Shown: positions 51,801-61,987 of the stretch, piece by piece
Layout of the letters: every line of letters begins with the position of its first letter
How positions within the stretch are numbered: the first letter of the stretch is position 1
Source of the DNA: Rebecca billardiae RCC1528
Lineage: Eukaryota > Protista > Haptophyta
Assembly: GCA_965240325.2 (NCBI GenBank)
Contig: OZ251227.1
Location: 868,001 to 932,000 of the forward strand
Direction of reading: 5' to 3'
Length of the DNA: 64,000 nt
The notes under the pieces: model-generated
The model's input: the letters and a program-made list of their open reading frames with translations, nothing else
Told to the model about the DNA's origin: nothing
Database searches by the model: none
Program-made: the position numbers and the translations under genes

Positions 51801-53439
51801 TGCGGGGGCCAAGCTCTGCTGCTCTGACCCCACAACCCCCTGTGTGACTCACAAGAGAGGTGGCCACCCAAATGCGGGTTCCCATGCGCTGGTACAGCTG
51901 GCCAATGGAGAGCCAGTGGCGGGCCGAATCAAGCCCCTTGTGTATGACCGTGTGCTGTCACAAAGGGCAACCCACCTGCAAGCCACCAAGTCCAGCTGTG
52001 ACTTGGTGGGTGAATGGACTGGTGTGTGGCCAGAGGCCTCCACTGGCATACTACGGACCTGGCAGGCCAACACTGTGCCTGCCTACTACATACTCCACCA
52101 CGGATATGAGTTCCTGCAGCCGGCTGCCCTGCGAGACCCGACGTTGCTCTCTGTGCGATTCCAATCGGGGGCGGCATTCAGCGATGCCTGCCCCCTCTGC
52201 GATCATGCTCCACTGCTACGTCCAGCGCCAGATACTGAGCACCACCTCTTCTCTGAGTGCCCTGAGGTCGATGCCTACCGAATGGCTGCTGCCAGAAGCG
52301 TATCCCATGTAATTGAGCCCTTCATGCAGGGACAGGCTGCAGCATGGAACTTGGCACGTCACATATGCTCTGGGGCTGCCCTCATGGGCAGGGTGCCCAG
52401 CACACTGAAGACCACTGTGGGGGGCAACGTGCATCTAGGCAGGACCATGCACGTGGCCTTACTGAAGGCAGGGCTAGGCATCATGCAGGCCCGCAAGGAC
52501 GTGGACTCCCAGCTGTCAAAGGCAGGACGTCTCCTTCGACATGCCAGGGAGCTTCGGCCGCCGCCTGGGCAAGGCCCGGGGGGGCAGCCACCACCCCCAC
52601 AGGCACAGGCAGGCCCAGGAGGGGCGATGGCCTTGAATAATCAGTTGCAAGGACCACCTGTCATCCAGCAGCAACCCCCTGCTCAGGCTGGCCAGGGCTG
52701 GCAGGCAGGCGCGGGGCAGGCCAACCTGCACCAGCCCATAGCGCGCGGTCACCACGTGCGCCCCCAGCTACTCTTGCGGGCATGGCCTCTTCAGCGTGCT
52801 CGCCCCCTCCCTATGGTGATTGCGTGGCCCCTGCAGCCTGCCACACCTCTTGTGGCATGGCCGCTCCAATATGCCACCCCGCTGGCTCGCAGCGTTGTGG
52901 GTCCGCCGGACAATGTGTTGACACATGGGGGGCCTGAGATGGCGGCAGACCCCGCTGCTGGCAGTCACACTGGTAACGGAGCTCAAAGCAGCCTTACACA
53001 GCCAGACACTGGACAGCAGGCCACACAGCCGCCTGCTGGCTCTGCCAGGCCACTGGCAGCCCCCAGGCGCAGGCCGCCTCCTTCTAGTCAAGCTCAGCAA
53101 GACAGCCCCCCGCCCAAACGGCACTGCCCACCCCGCCAGGCAAATGTGCCGCAGCGCTGCACGCTACCCCCTGCACAGCGCAGCAGGAAGAGGCGAGCGA
53201 ACGACACCTCCCCAGGCGTATTAGCCATCGCCACCACTTTGCTTGCTTCCTACAGCGGCCCACGCCCTGCCTTGATGCCCGATGTAGCACACATGTCTGA
53301 CATGACCCCCTCTGCCTCCATAGCTGCACGAGTGAAATACAGGCGCCTCGCTTCCGGGGCCAGTGGCCCAGACCCCTGCCCAGCTACTGGGCTCGATGAC
53401 AGTCCCCTCAGTCCCCTTCCCCGCGCAGGGATCGGCTAG
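48868..53439 (+). CDS. Retrotransposon polyprotein, C-terminal part: RT, RNase H, CCHC zinc finger, low-complexity tail
   Basis: SAPGPDGI, NYRGITL, DIQKAFDTV, GTKQGGPAS, IMDD; RNase H VATDGS..AEFMAI..CTD..HVKAH..NACSD; CPLC...HHLFSEC. Confidence 0.93.
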   Translation, partial: TKKNSHKLRVMVYAKDPITLPTIVRRSDGALATSVDDVKSEYRGHYQGLLERQYTRPGGRPPWHAGGRMWHDIRAAWHTDQGDAYVTALGTPPTPAQIRHIITSEVGGNSAPGPDGIQYNVLKLLEGHHAERDEPVLPSGTRTHRQLAAQQTGAQQGAARGQGAGHPGPIATIISNLCAVMYATGTLLDGLQQGEVVSLHKQGDMHVLGNYRGITLNSVVYKIMARHQNNVMQAASDRLRLIEPEQAASREGGQVVQQVAVFANVVADAHRSRRTLFCALMDIQKAFDTVPYQGIEDGFRSHGYPAMFYTLMRSLGEGHDVVVRTPYWPTDSVRLRCGTKQGGPASSTKFCLFINMFLRYLKSRHGGYHVQSKCSSDDADAAAGQVTVVATAIMDDINLYAHSRADITAMMQDLIDFLWYYDMEPNYPKSKVAVTPAVYVPPGHAQVDPIQVINRATGQAALIDTLQDGEYFTYAGVVTNIHLATDRMFASLKARVAKAAARVQAADCCTETKKLLTVWDVTSILFYFCEVVGMSRSRLNQLQSLMVEPVVRSAALPGRIAYEAACFPPQLLGLGLINLHAHLESIQAHAYYHFLADDPHGLCARTSMAAMGALQSVDHPARARVRGASTFASTIVTGRNSVRRMGWALLPSEVNLGSKLMQQLAPWLGMLATNRTHRAYTRLAEMPGAAALPCLAPHGLPDANGEMLSRIERSLVNGTPHMLLGVLMQQPPRQMVSAAFYAELTSLPHRSRPAVILAVRDMLRAVLTDQSCYRYLGHVPAAKRTICDPPNPRHLQALPVPGMLMVATDGSFDAENWQAACAFSFFSGNNYTAPVHVYCSKFEGHQAPGPAEFMAITDALVQIDPTANLLVCTDLQEMVKAAEMWQNDPWDRRLRQGHHAYAPYIARVMSLVGWRRLRHGSTTSFEHVKAHSADDAAARHLSLTHAPGDQHCTVSQHSVAALRQAGMNPKTLLNACSDAGAKLCCSDPTTPCVTHKRGGHPNAGSHALVQLANGEPVAGRIKPLVYDRVLSQRATHLQATKSSCDLVGEWTGVWPEASTGILRTWQANTVPAYYILHHGYEFLQPAALRDPTLLSVRFQSGAAFSDACPLCDHAPLLRPAPDTEHHLFSECPEVDAYRMAAARSVSHVIEPFMQGQAAAWNLARHICSGAALMGRVPSTLKTTVGGNVHLGRTMHVALLKAGLGIMQARKDVDSQLSKAGRLLRHARELRPPPGQGPGGQPPPPQAQAGPGGAMALNNQLQGPPVIQQQPPAQAGQGWQAGAGQANLHQPIARGHHVRPQLLLRAWPLQRARPLPMVIAWPLQPATPLVAWPLQYATPLARSVVGPPDNVLTHGGPEMAADPAAGSHTGNGAQSSLTQPDTGQQATQPPAGSARPLAAPRRRPPPSSQAQQDSPPPKRHCPPRQANVPQRCTLPPAQRSRKRRANDTSPGVLAIATTLLASYSGPRPALMPDVAHMSDMTPSASIAARVKYRRLASGASGPDPCPATGLDDSPLSPLPRAGIG

Positions 53440-53771
53440 TGGCTGGCCCTCTGCCCACACTGGGGCACCCTAGGGGGTGCCCCTTCTGCCGACTCGGCTC
53501 AAACTCGATGATCTTGAATTGCAAGGCCGTGCACTGCTTGTACCTGGGACCTCCCCACAGTGTTGGGCTTGTATGCTGTCGGCAATGGCATACCCCCGCC
53601 CCCTCTGGAGGCGGGCTGTCCACAGTGGAGTGGTGTCAAGACACTAGGTGTCTCGGTCAGTGGTTTGAGGTTGGGTGAGGGTGGTGGTTGGTTGGGGGCT
53701 GGCCAGGGTAGGGCTGGAGGCTTCGGCCGCCAGCCTGATCACCCGGAGCCCGTTATAAAGGGGAATTTTAA

Positions 53772-55344
53772 GGTTGTCGTCTGGGAATCCGGACGCCGCC
53801 CGCCGAACCGTTCGAACAGCATGGCGCCGCCGCCCGGCGCACGCGCAAGGACACGCCGCAGGAGGACCTGGGCGTGATATGCCGCGATTTCGCGCGCGAG
53901 GCGGTGCGCGTGAGGAGCATGCGCACCGGAGGAGACCTCACAGACGCGCGCGACATGGACAACGACCTGCGCAAGGCATCTGAGTTGATGACCGAGGCCG
54001 AGAAGTGCCGGAGCCATCAACGACAACGACAAGTGGATCAAGCAGGCGAACACCACCATCAAGCACGAGCGAGAGGTCATTCGGGATGTCGGCAAGCTTC
54101 GTACAGCATATCTCGAAGACGCCGCCGCACGCCTCGCGCGCTGTGCCAAGTGCAGCCGCATGGCTGAGGCTCCCGAGGGGCTGTGCTCGCTTGCGTCGTC
54201 CCACGACGGAGGGCACGACATCGATACGGGCGGGCTCAACACCGCCAACCGCCCGTCGGGGCAGGCCGACGAGACCCAGAAGCATGCGTTGTACTCATCG
54301 GACGCGCTCGGCGCACTCTCAGGTCGTGTTGGGCGCCCACGCGCGCGCGCGTGCTGCTACGAGCACCACGACAAGCCCAAGCGTGCACTCGGCGGCATGC
54401 GCGTGAGCCCTGTAGCTCCGTCAGACGCCCGTGACATGGTGTCACGGACGTGCTCGCCGCAAACAATTGTAACGAAACCCGGGCGCGGACGGGCTCCCGG
54501 GTCCGAAATTTGGACGGAAGTCGGACATAAATGCGAATATCTGTTATAACTAAGCCCAATATGGCCCAATTATAGGAAATGTGGGTAATATATCCAACTT
54601 CCGTCCAAATTTCGGACCCGGGAGCCCGTCCGCGCCCGGGTTTCGTTACAATTGTTTGCGGCGAGCACGTCCGTGACACCATGTCACGGGCGTCTGACGG
54701 AGCTACAGGGCTCACGCGCATGCCGCCGAGTGCACGCTTGGGCTTGTCGTGGTGCTCGTAGCAGCACGCGCGCGCGCATGGGCGCCCAACACGACCTGAG
54801 AGTGCGCCGAGCGCGTCCGATGAGTACAACGCATGCTTCTGGGTCTCGTCGGCCTGCCCCGGCGGGCGGTTGGCGGTGTTGAGCCCGCCCGTGTCGATGT
54901 CGTGCCCTCCGTCACGGGACGGCAAGCGAGCGCAGCCCCTCGGGAGCCTCAGCCATGCGGCTGCACTTGGCACAGCGCGCGAGGCGTGCGGCGGCGCCTT
55001 CGAGATATGTTGTACGAAGCTTGCCGACATCCCGAATGACCTCTCGCTCGTGCTTGATGGTGGTGTTCGCCTGCTTGATCCACTTGTCGTTGTCGTTGAT
55101 GGCTCCGGCACTTCTCGGCCTCGGTCATCAACTCAGATGCCTTGCGCAGGTCGTTGTCCATGTCGCGCGCGTCTGTGAGGTCTCCTCCGGTGCGCATGCT
55201 CCTCACGCGCACCGCCTCGCGCGCGAAATCGCGGCATATCACGCCCAGGTCCTCCTGCGGCGTGTCCTTGCGCGTGCGCCGGGCGGCGGCGCCATGCTGT
55301 TCGAACGGTTCGGCGGGCGGCGTCCGGATTCCCAGACGACAACC
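53772..55344. mobile_element. Almost fully palindromic foldback element with TTAA TSD and GG..CC ends (Kolobok-like, non-autonomous)
   Basis: Arms 53772-~54529 and ~54589-55344 are near-identical inverted repeats around a ~60-bp AT-rich spacer. TTAA at 53768-53771 and 55345-55348. Confidence 0.8.
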
Positions 55345-55542
55345 TTAAGCGGGGGCTTTGCTTTTCACGAGCGTGTGGCAGGATCCCGGTCGGGAACGCC
55401 CTTGAACGTCATATTCTGACGTCCTGACCGATTTTTGATTGGCGCGAACGTTCTCCGAAAGTCACCCGCCCCAGCGACGACCCGGCCCCGCGCTCGTCAA
55501 CGTCGCCCGCGGGTCGCGTGCCAGGTGCACGCCGCGGCTCCC

Positions 55543-58463
55543 ATGGCGGCATCAGAGCCTCGCGACGCGGAGGGTGTCAAGAGAGAGCCGGTCGCTCTCA
55601 CGTCCATGCGCACCTTGGCCGACCCGGAGCTCGAGAAGGCATTCTGCGCGGCGGACATGTACCACTCTCTCCTCCCTTCGGCCGTGAAGATGTGCGTTGT
55701 CATGGGCGCATTGTACCTGGTTGTAGTGCTGCAGCAGATCTTCGAGGGGTGGCCATGGTGGAGCATCTCGGCCATTCTGGGGACGGCCGCGCTGCACTTC
55801 ACCGTCGCTCTGCTTCTCCACCGCGCCCTCGCCTGCCAAACCCCGCGGCTCCAGCCGTGGATGGTGCAGTGGCTGCTCGTCGCGGTGCTCAACTTCTGCT
55901 GCCTGACCGGGCCTCTGGTGTTTGTGCCCAGCCGGCTGCCCGTGCTGGGCATCACGTCACTATCGCAGCCACCGAGCGAGTACGCCACCGGCCCCACTGA
56001 CTACGCGCTCAAGATCGCTTGCAGCCTCGTCGCGAGCGCGTGCTTCTGTCCGTGCGACCTTGTGCCGCTCGCGGTGCACTACGCGACGATGATCGGCTGG
56101 TTCGCCGTGCTCGAGGCGCTGAATGGCCTGACGCGGCACGCCCAGGTCATCGAGATTGCTCTGCTCGTGTCCGTCGGGCTGATGGCGCTCTACTTCCGCG
56201 CCGAGATGCGCGGCGCCGAGCGCGTCGCCGCCCAGCACCGGCTCAAAGCCTCCGGGATGATCCGCCTGATGCGCGAAGCTGATGCTCGCGAGCTGACGCA
56301 CCGGCTGGAGGCGAAGTCGGCCGGGGAGCTGACGACGGCGCGCTCGCGGCTGATACGCGTCGTGATGCACGATCTGCGCTCGCCATTGCTCACCATCACG
56401 AACGCGGCGCAGTACCTGCGCAGCGAGCTGGGCAGTGCCGGCCAAGCGCTGCCCGCGCACACGCTGGAGCCGACGATGAGCTGCGCAGACGCGCTGGTGA
56501 CGTGCTCGAACATCTGCAATAACATCATCCGCGACATGCTCGACTTCGAGCGGATCGACTCCGGCCGGCTGCAGATCATAGACGCGCCCTTCACCGTCGA
56601 CGAGCTGCTGCGCGCGACGCGGCACGCCTTCGACCCCTTCTCACAGACGCACGGCGTGCAGCTGCACGTGCTGGACCCACCTGATGAGCTGCGCGCCGCG
56701 CGCTGGCTCGGCGACGTGCACCGGGTGCAGCAGTGCGTGCACAACGCGATGAGCAACGCGATCAAGTTCACGCCGCAGGGCAAGTCCGTGACCGTGCGCG
56801 TCTTCACCACCGACCCGCCGCTCGGCGCGCCGCCCGCGGCCGTGATCGGCGAGAGCGCAGAGGGGGGCGAGCCGCACACGCTCACGGCGGCTCTGGCGCC
56901 AACGTCCAAGCCCGCCTCGCGCAAGGGCTCGAGCTCCTTCCTCGCAGACCTCTCGGACGGCTCTGGGCGAGTGGCTAGGCCGTCGGCAAGCGAGGATGAG
57001 ACGGACGACGTGCTGACAGCCGTGTGCGCACGCCAGGCACGCAGGCGGCGAACAGCGAGCGTGCGCACCAGCGCGTCCATGTCGAGCGTGGGCGAGTCTG
57101 AAGAGCCGCTGGCCTCGTCAGCGCTGCCCGCTGCCAAGAGCAACGTCGCGAAGCGCTTCGCGTTCGGCGTGGAGGTGGTCGACGAGGGCTGCGGCCTGAG
57201 CGCGGACGAGCTCAAGGTGTTGAACTCGGGCGACGTGTTCGTGCAGGTCGGGCAGGGGCAGCTCCAGGGCTCGGGCGGCGCCGGCCTCGGCATTTCGATC
57301 GCTCGTCAGCTCGCTGCGCTGCATCACGGCTCGGAGGTCGAGCTCACGTCCGACGGGCCTGGCTGCGGCGTGCGCTTCGTGCTGCGAGTGTGCTGCGCAG
57401 ACGACGCGCTGTGCGCGGAGGAGACCGGCTCGGCGCCGCACGCCGCCGAGGAGTCGACGCGCTCCGCCTCTGCTTGCGGCAGTGCCGCGACCGCCGGCAG
57501 CGCTGGGCACGAGAACGCGCACGCACGCATGGAGGCCCCGGGGGCGGCGGCGGCAGCCTCTGCTGCGGTCGGCGCCGCGCTCATCGCCCGAGGGACACGA
57601 GCGGCGGCCTCCCCTTCCGAGCCGTGCGCATCCGTGGAGGAGCCGCCGGCTGAGGCAGATCCAGCCGTAGCCATCGTCCACGGCCTCGCTAGCTGCGCCG
57701 ACCCGCCCCGCCCTGCCAAGCAGCGCTCCGCGGGCTCGCCGAGCCCCGTCAAGCAGCGGCCAGCGGACCCGCCGAACCCCACCAGGCAGCGCTCCGCCGA
57801 CTCGCCGCACGCGTCTGTGGAGGGCCTGCACGTGCTGCACGTCGAGGTGCGGCCGACGCTGCGGCGCTTGCGCGATCAGTCGACCGTCCCTGCGTCCCGC
57901 GCGCGCGGCGTCGCGCCGACGCCCCGCGTCCCCGCGTGCCCCGCGCCCGCGCGCCGTCTCCGCCGCAGGATGACCACCTGCTGCATCGCATGCTTCGGCT
58001 CAGGCTGCGAAAGGCGCTCGGTGACTTCCCCATCACGCACGTGCCCGACGGCAAGCAGGCGGTCGAGCTGATCACCGAGCAGGGCATGCATTTTGACACG
58101 GTGATCATGGACAATCAGGTGCGCGCGCGCGCCGAGCGTCAGGCGGCGCCTCGGGCACACGCGGCACTCGTCAAGGGCGAGCCTGCTCACTCGGGTTACG
58201 GTGCGCTCTTGACGCCCCGCTATTGCTGCGCTGCGCCGCAGATGCCCGTGATGACGGGCACACAGGCGACACGTGAGCTACGGGAAGCCGGCTTCGGTGG
58301 GCTGATCGTCGGTGTGACGGGCGACCCGGAGGGCTGTGAGGACCGCAACGAGTTCAACACCTGCGGCACCGACGTCGTCTTTGACAAGGACAGCGCAGCC
58401 ATAGCAGCCATTCTGGCCCTCATCGCCAATCAAGCTGCTGAGCTCCGACGGAGTAGTCAGTAG
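55543..58463 (+). CDS. Membrane-bound hybrid sensor histidine kinase (TM, HisKA, HATPase, REC); exons ~55543-57846, 57969-58118, 58242-58463
   Basis: H-box MHDLRSPL; N-box NAMSNAIKFT; G1 VDEGCG; G2 GAGLGISI. The receiver VLHVE|DD...MDNQ|MPVMTG...GVTG...DK is joined across GT..AG introns. Confidence 0.92.
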
Positions 58464-58823
58464 GGTGCAAGTGCAGGTAGGCCTGGCAGTTGAGGGCTCA
58501 TGAGTAGTGATGATAATATGATGTTGTCGATCTGTTTGACACTGTTATTGAGACTCTAGCGCGCGTGATTGTTTATTATTGCAGCCTCAGATTATAATAT
58601 TATTGGTCATTCGATTATTTGGTGCCAGCAGTGAGAGTGGCAAAGTTATATATACTGGCAACAGCATCACTCTACAGCGCAGCAGTATCAATCAGTAGCA
58701 TCCGACCTTGCTGGCTATTAAGCAGTGCCGTCTGCGGCAGACTCACGCCGTCTGCGAGCGACTCCGGTTCGTAGTCGATAGTTGCAGCAGCAGTCTCCGC
58801 CAGCAGCCGCCGCCAAGAGCTTG

Positions 58824-59112
<289 letters not shown>

Positions 59113-59280
59113 CGGCTACGCCGATCTTCGGGTAGTAAACAACGAAGTTGAGGGCGCACGGCCCTAGCTAGTTCCGCGCGTGGCTGCGTGCGCCAGCTGC
59201 GCGCACCCGCTGCGCCCGCGTTGAGCCCATGCGAGCGCCGCGCCTGCGAGCACACGCGGCGGCTCCGCGACACAGCCGCA

Positions 59281-59797
59281 CGGCTGACGGCAGTAGTCGC
59301 TCGTGCGCCTGCCCGTGATCAGTCTCAGCTCTGAGGCGCGCGCTCAGGAGGGCTGCGGCCGGGCCGAGCGCGATCTGCGCAGACGGTACAGCCCGTGGTG
59401 GCTCATGGGCAGCCCGAGCCCAAAGCCCGCCTCCGCCATCCGCGTCACAGCCGGCCGCTCCAGCCGAGGTCTCGCGTGCTGCGCTGCAGCCGTGCTCGGC
59501 CGAACCGGACGCCCGCCGAGCCGAAGCCGGGCACGCGGCGGCTGACGGCAGTGTCGCTCGTGCGCCTGCCCGTGATCAGTCTCAGCTCTGAGGCGCGCGC
59601 TCAGGAGGGCTGCGGCCGGGCCGAGCGCGATCTGCGCAGACGGTACAGCCCGTGGTGGCTCATGGGCAGCCCGAGCCCAAAGCCCGCCTCCGCCATCCGC
59701 GTCACAGCCGGCCGCTCCAGCCGAGGTCTCGCGTGCTGCGCTGCAGCCGTGCTCGGCCGAACCGGACGCCCGCCGAGCCGAAGCCGGGCACGCGGCT
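59281..59797. repeat. Near-perfect 257-bp tandem duplication
   Basis: GTGCGCCTGCCCGTGATCAGTCTC starts at both 59303 and 59560. Confidence 0.92.
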
Positions 59798-60029
59798 GAT
59801 GAGCAGTGGTAGCCAGGCGAAGCCGTCGTCGCGGGCGAAGCTGCGCTGGGTGATGCGGCTGAGCAGTCGGGTTACCGCGCACCGCGCGCGTGGCCGTGAT
59901 GGGTCGGCACAGCCCAGTCAAAGACACGGCATCGTATCGCCCTCTGGCCGCCAGCAGCATCACCTCTGCCGTCTGCGAGCGACTCGTAGTTGCAGCAGCA
60001 GCTGCCAAGAGCTTGCACAAAGAAACTGC

Positions 60030-61667
60030 GCGACGCCGACGGGCGCGCCGACGCGCGTGGACGCGGGTCGGCACCGGGGCGGGGCGCGAGGGGGGAAAGA
60101 GGCACGAATGCGATGCCGACGGCCGTTGGGACCCACCGCAGCCGCGCGCACCTGCGCTGAGTCTGTCGGATTGAACGATCGTGCGGCGGCGGCCTACATG
60201 GGCAGTGGCGGCTTCTCGGCGCCTCGGAGCCTCGGCTGCCCGCCCGTCAATGCGCGAGCCACAAAGGCCGTACCATGGTATAGTATTAATCATGAAGGGA
60301 GATATTATGAAGATTTGTCCGCTCAAGTTTATCGTTCATACTTCATATTCGTCAAGCTGTCCCGGACGCGCCGGTATTAAATGGGAGAGAATCCGAAGGG
60401 TCGTGCGTGAAGCGGTAGAAACTCTTATGCTCATGATAATTTTCAGGCCCGTCAATGCGGGTGGCGATTGCCACCCGCATTGACGTCGTATCAGTAGATG
60501 ACCAAAAGTATTAATATATCAACAAGAGTAGCTTGATAACCGTATGATACCACGGCGCGCGGGAACGTCGATTCAAGCTACCCGCGCAATAACATCTCGC
60601 GTCGCTCTGATGAATCTGAGGAGTAAACAGCTATCCAGATAATTAGTTCGACATCTCACCTTTTTATGGTCAGTTCAACACACGAATCTTGACTATCAGA
60701 AAGGTAGCTATATGTCTTTGTCCTATTTGATTTCGATTGCTTCTATTACTTACTATCCAAGGATTAAGGAGCAGTACAAACGCAATCATGAGCAGCGAAA
60801 TGGGGTCTCTATGCTGCGGATTTCACACCTAAATCCACCTACAAAAATCCCCCAAATCCTGCGCGCATCCTCTTTTTTGATTTTGCGGAGCACGTGCGCC
60901 GCCCCCCCCGGCTTTCGCTCACGCTCAGACCTTTCGGGGGGGGCGTGCGCCATAAACTGCGCGACGGGCGCGCACGCGCGCGTGGACTCGGGTTGGCAGG
61001 GCGGGGCGCGCGGGGTGAGCGAGGCACGAATGCGATGCCGACGGCCGTTGGGACCGGCCGGGCCACCGCAGCTGCGCGCACCTGCGCTGAGTCTGTCGGA
61101 TTGAACGATCGTGCGGCGGCGGCCTGAGACATGGGCAGGCAGTGGACACCTACCTCCCACGCTTTCTGCGCCTTCGTTCGGAGCCGCTGCTGCCCGCCCG
61201 CGCGCCGGCGCGAGCCGCGAGGCCGTACCATGGTATTAATCATGAAGGGAGATATTATGAAGATTTGTCCTCTCCAGTTTTTTGTTTGTTCATATTCGTC
61301 AAGCTCTCCCGGACGCGCCGGTGTTAAATGGGGGAGAATCAAGGGTCGTGCGTGAAGGGGTATAAATTCTTATGCTCATGAGATTTTCAGGCCCGGCCAT
61401 CCGATTCGTTGATGATGAGTGAATCGAGGACTCCTCAACAAATGATCATCGACCCAACCTCTCTTTCCTAGCTTATGGTTGGCGAGCTGTTACACTTTCA
61501 GGCTCTTACAATTCATCAGGCATCTTACCACGAGAATGTGTGTGTGATCTGAATAATCAACAACCCAAAAGTAGATATCAGCAGGAGAATCACGAACGGC
61601 CCACCGCCATATCAGAAAGGAGCAGACGCCTTTGTCCTATTTGATTTATTCGATTTCTTCTATTACT
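60030..61667. repeat. Degenerate ~920-bp tandem repeat (~1.8 units), same family as 2388-2945
   Basis: GAGGCACGAATGCGATGCCGACGGCCGTTGGG at 60099 and 61021; CTTTGTCCTATTTGATTT at ~60716 and ~61630. Confidence 0.8.
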
Positions 61668-61987
61668 GTCAAAGGAATCGCCAATCTACAGTGATTTCCA
61701 ATTTCCAATCCAACATTTTACTCGCAGTCACACAGTGGCGGCGCGACCGCTGCGGCGGCGCTCGCACAAAATCCTCCAAAATCGACCTGAACCTCATCCT
61801 AAAATACAGCAGGACAGCATGGCTGGCGGCGACCTGGCGGCGACATCTCGAAGTATTCCAGATGATTCTGAATGAACGCGGAAACATGAGCCGAGCACCA
61901 CGAACTCGCTGAGCTCACCACCGCAAACAAGAGCCGAAGCCGTCGACCGACCTCGCGACCGTCAAGCCTCGAGACGCGTTCCCTGAC

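Larger units (their letters stand above)
44540..53771 (+). mobile_element. Non-LTR retrotransposon (APE endonuclease, RT, RNase H, CCHC finger), interrupted by a nested insertion
   Basis: Domain motifs are listed in the two CDS entries. The 3' end is defined by the shared terminus ...ATAAAGGGGAATTT(T)AA with the inverted copy. The 5' boundary is approximate. Confidence 0.9.
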
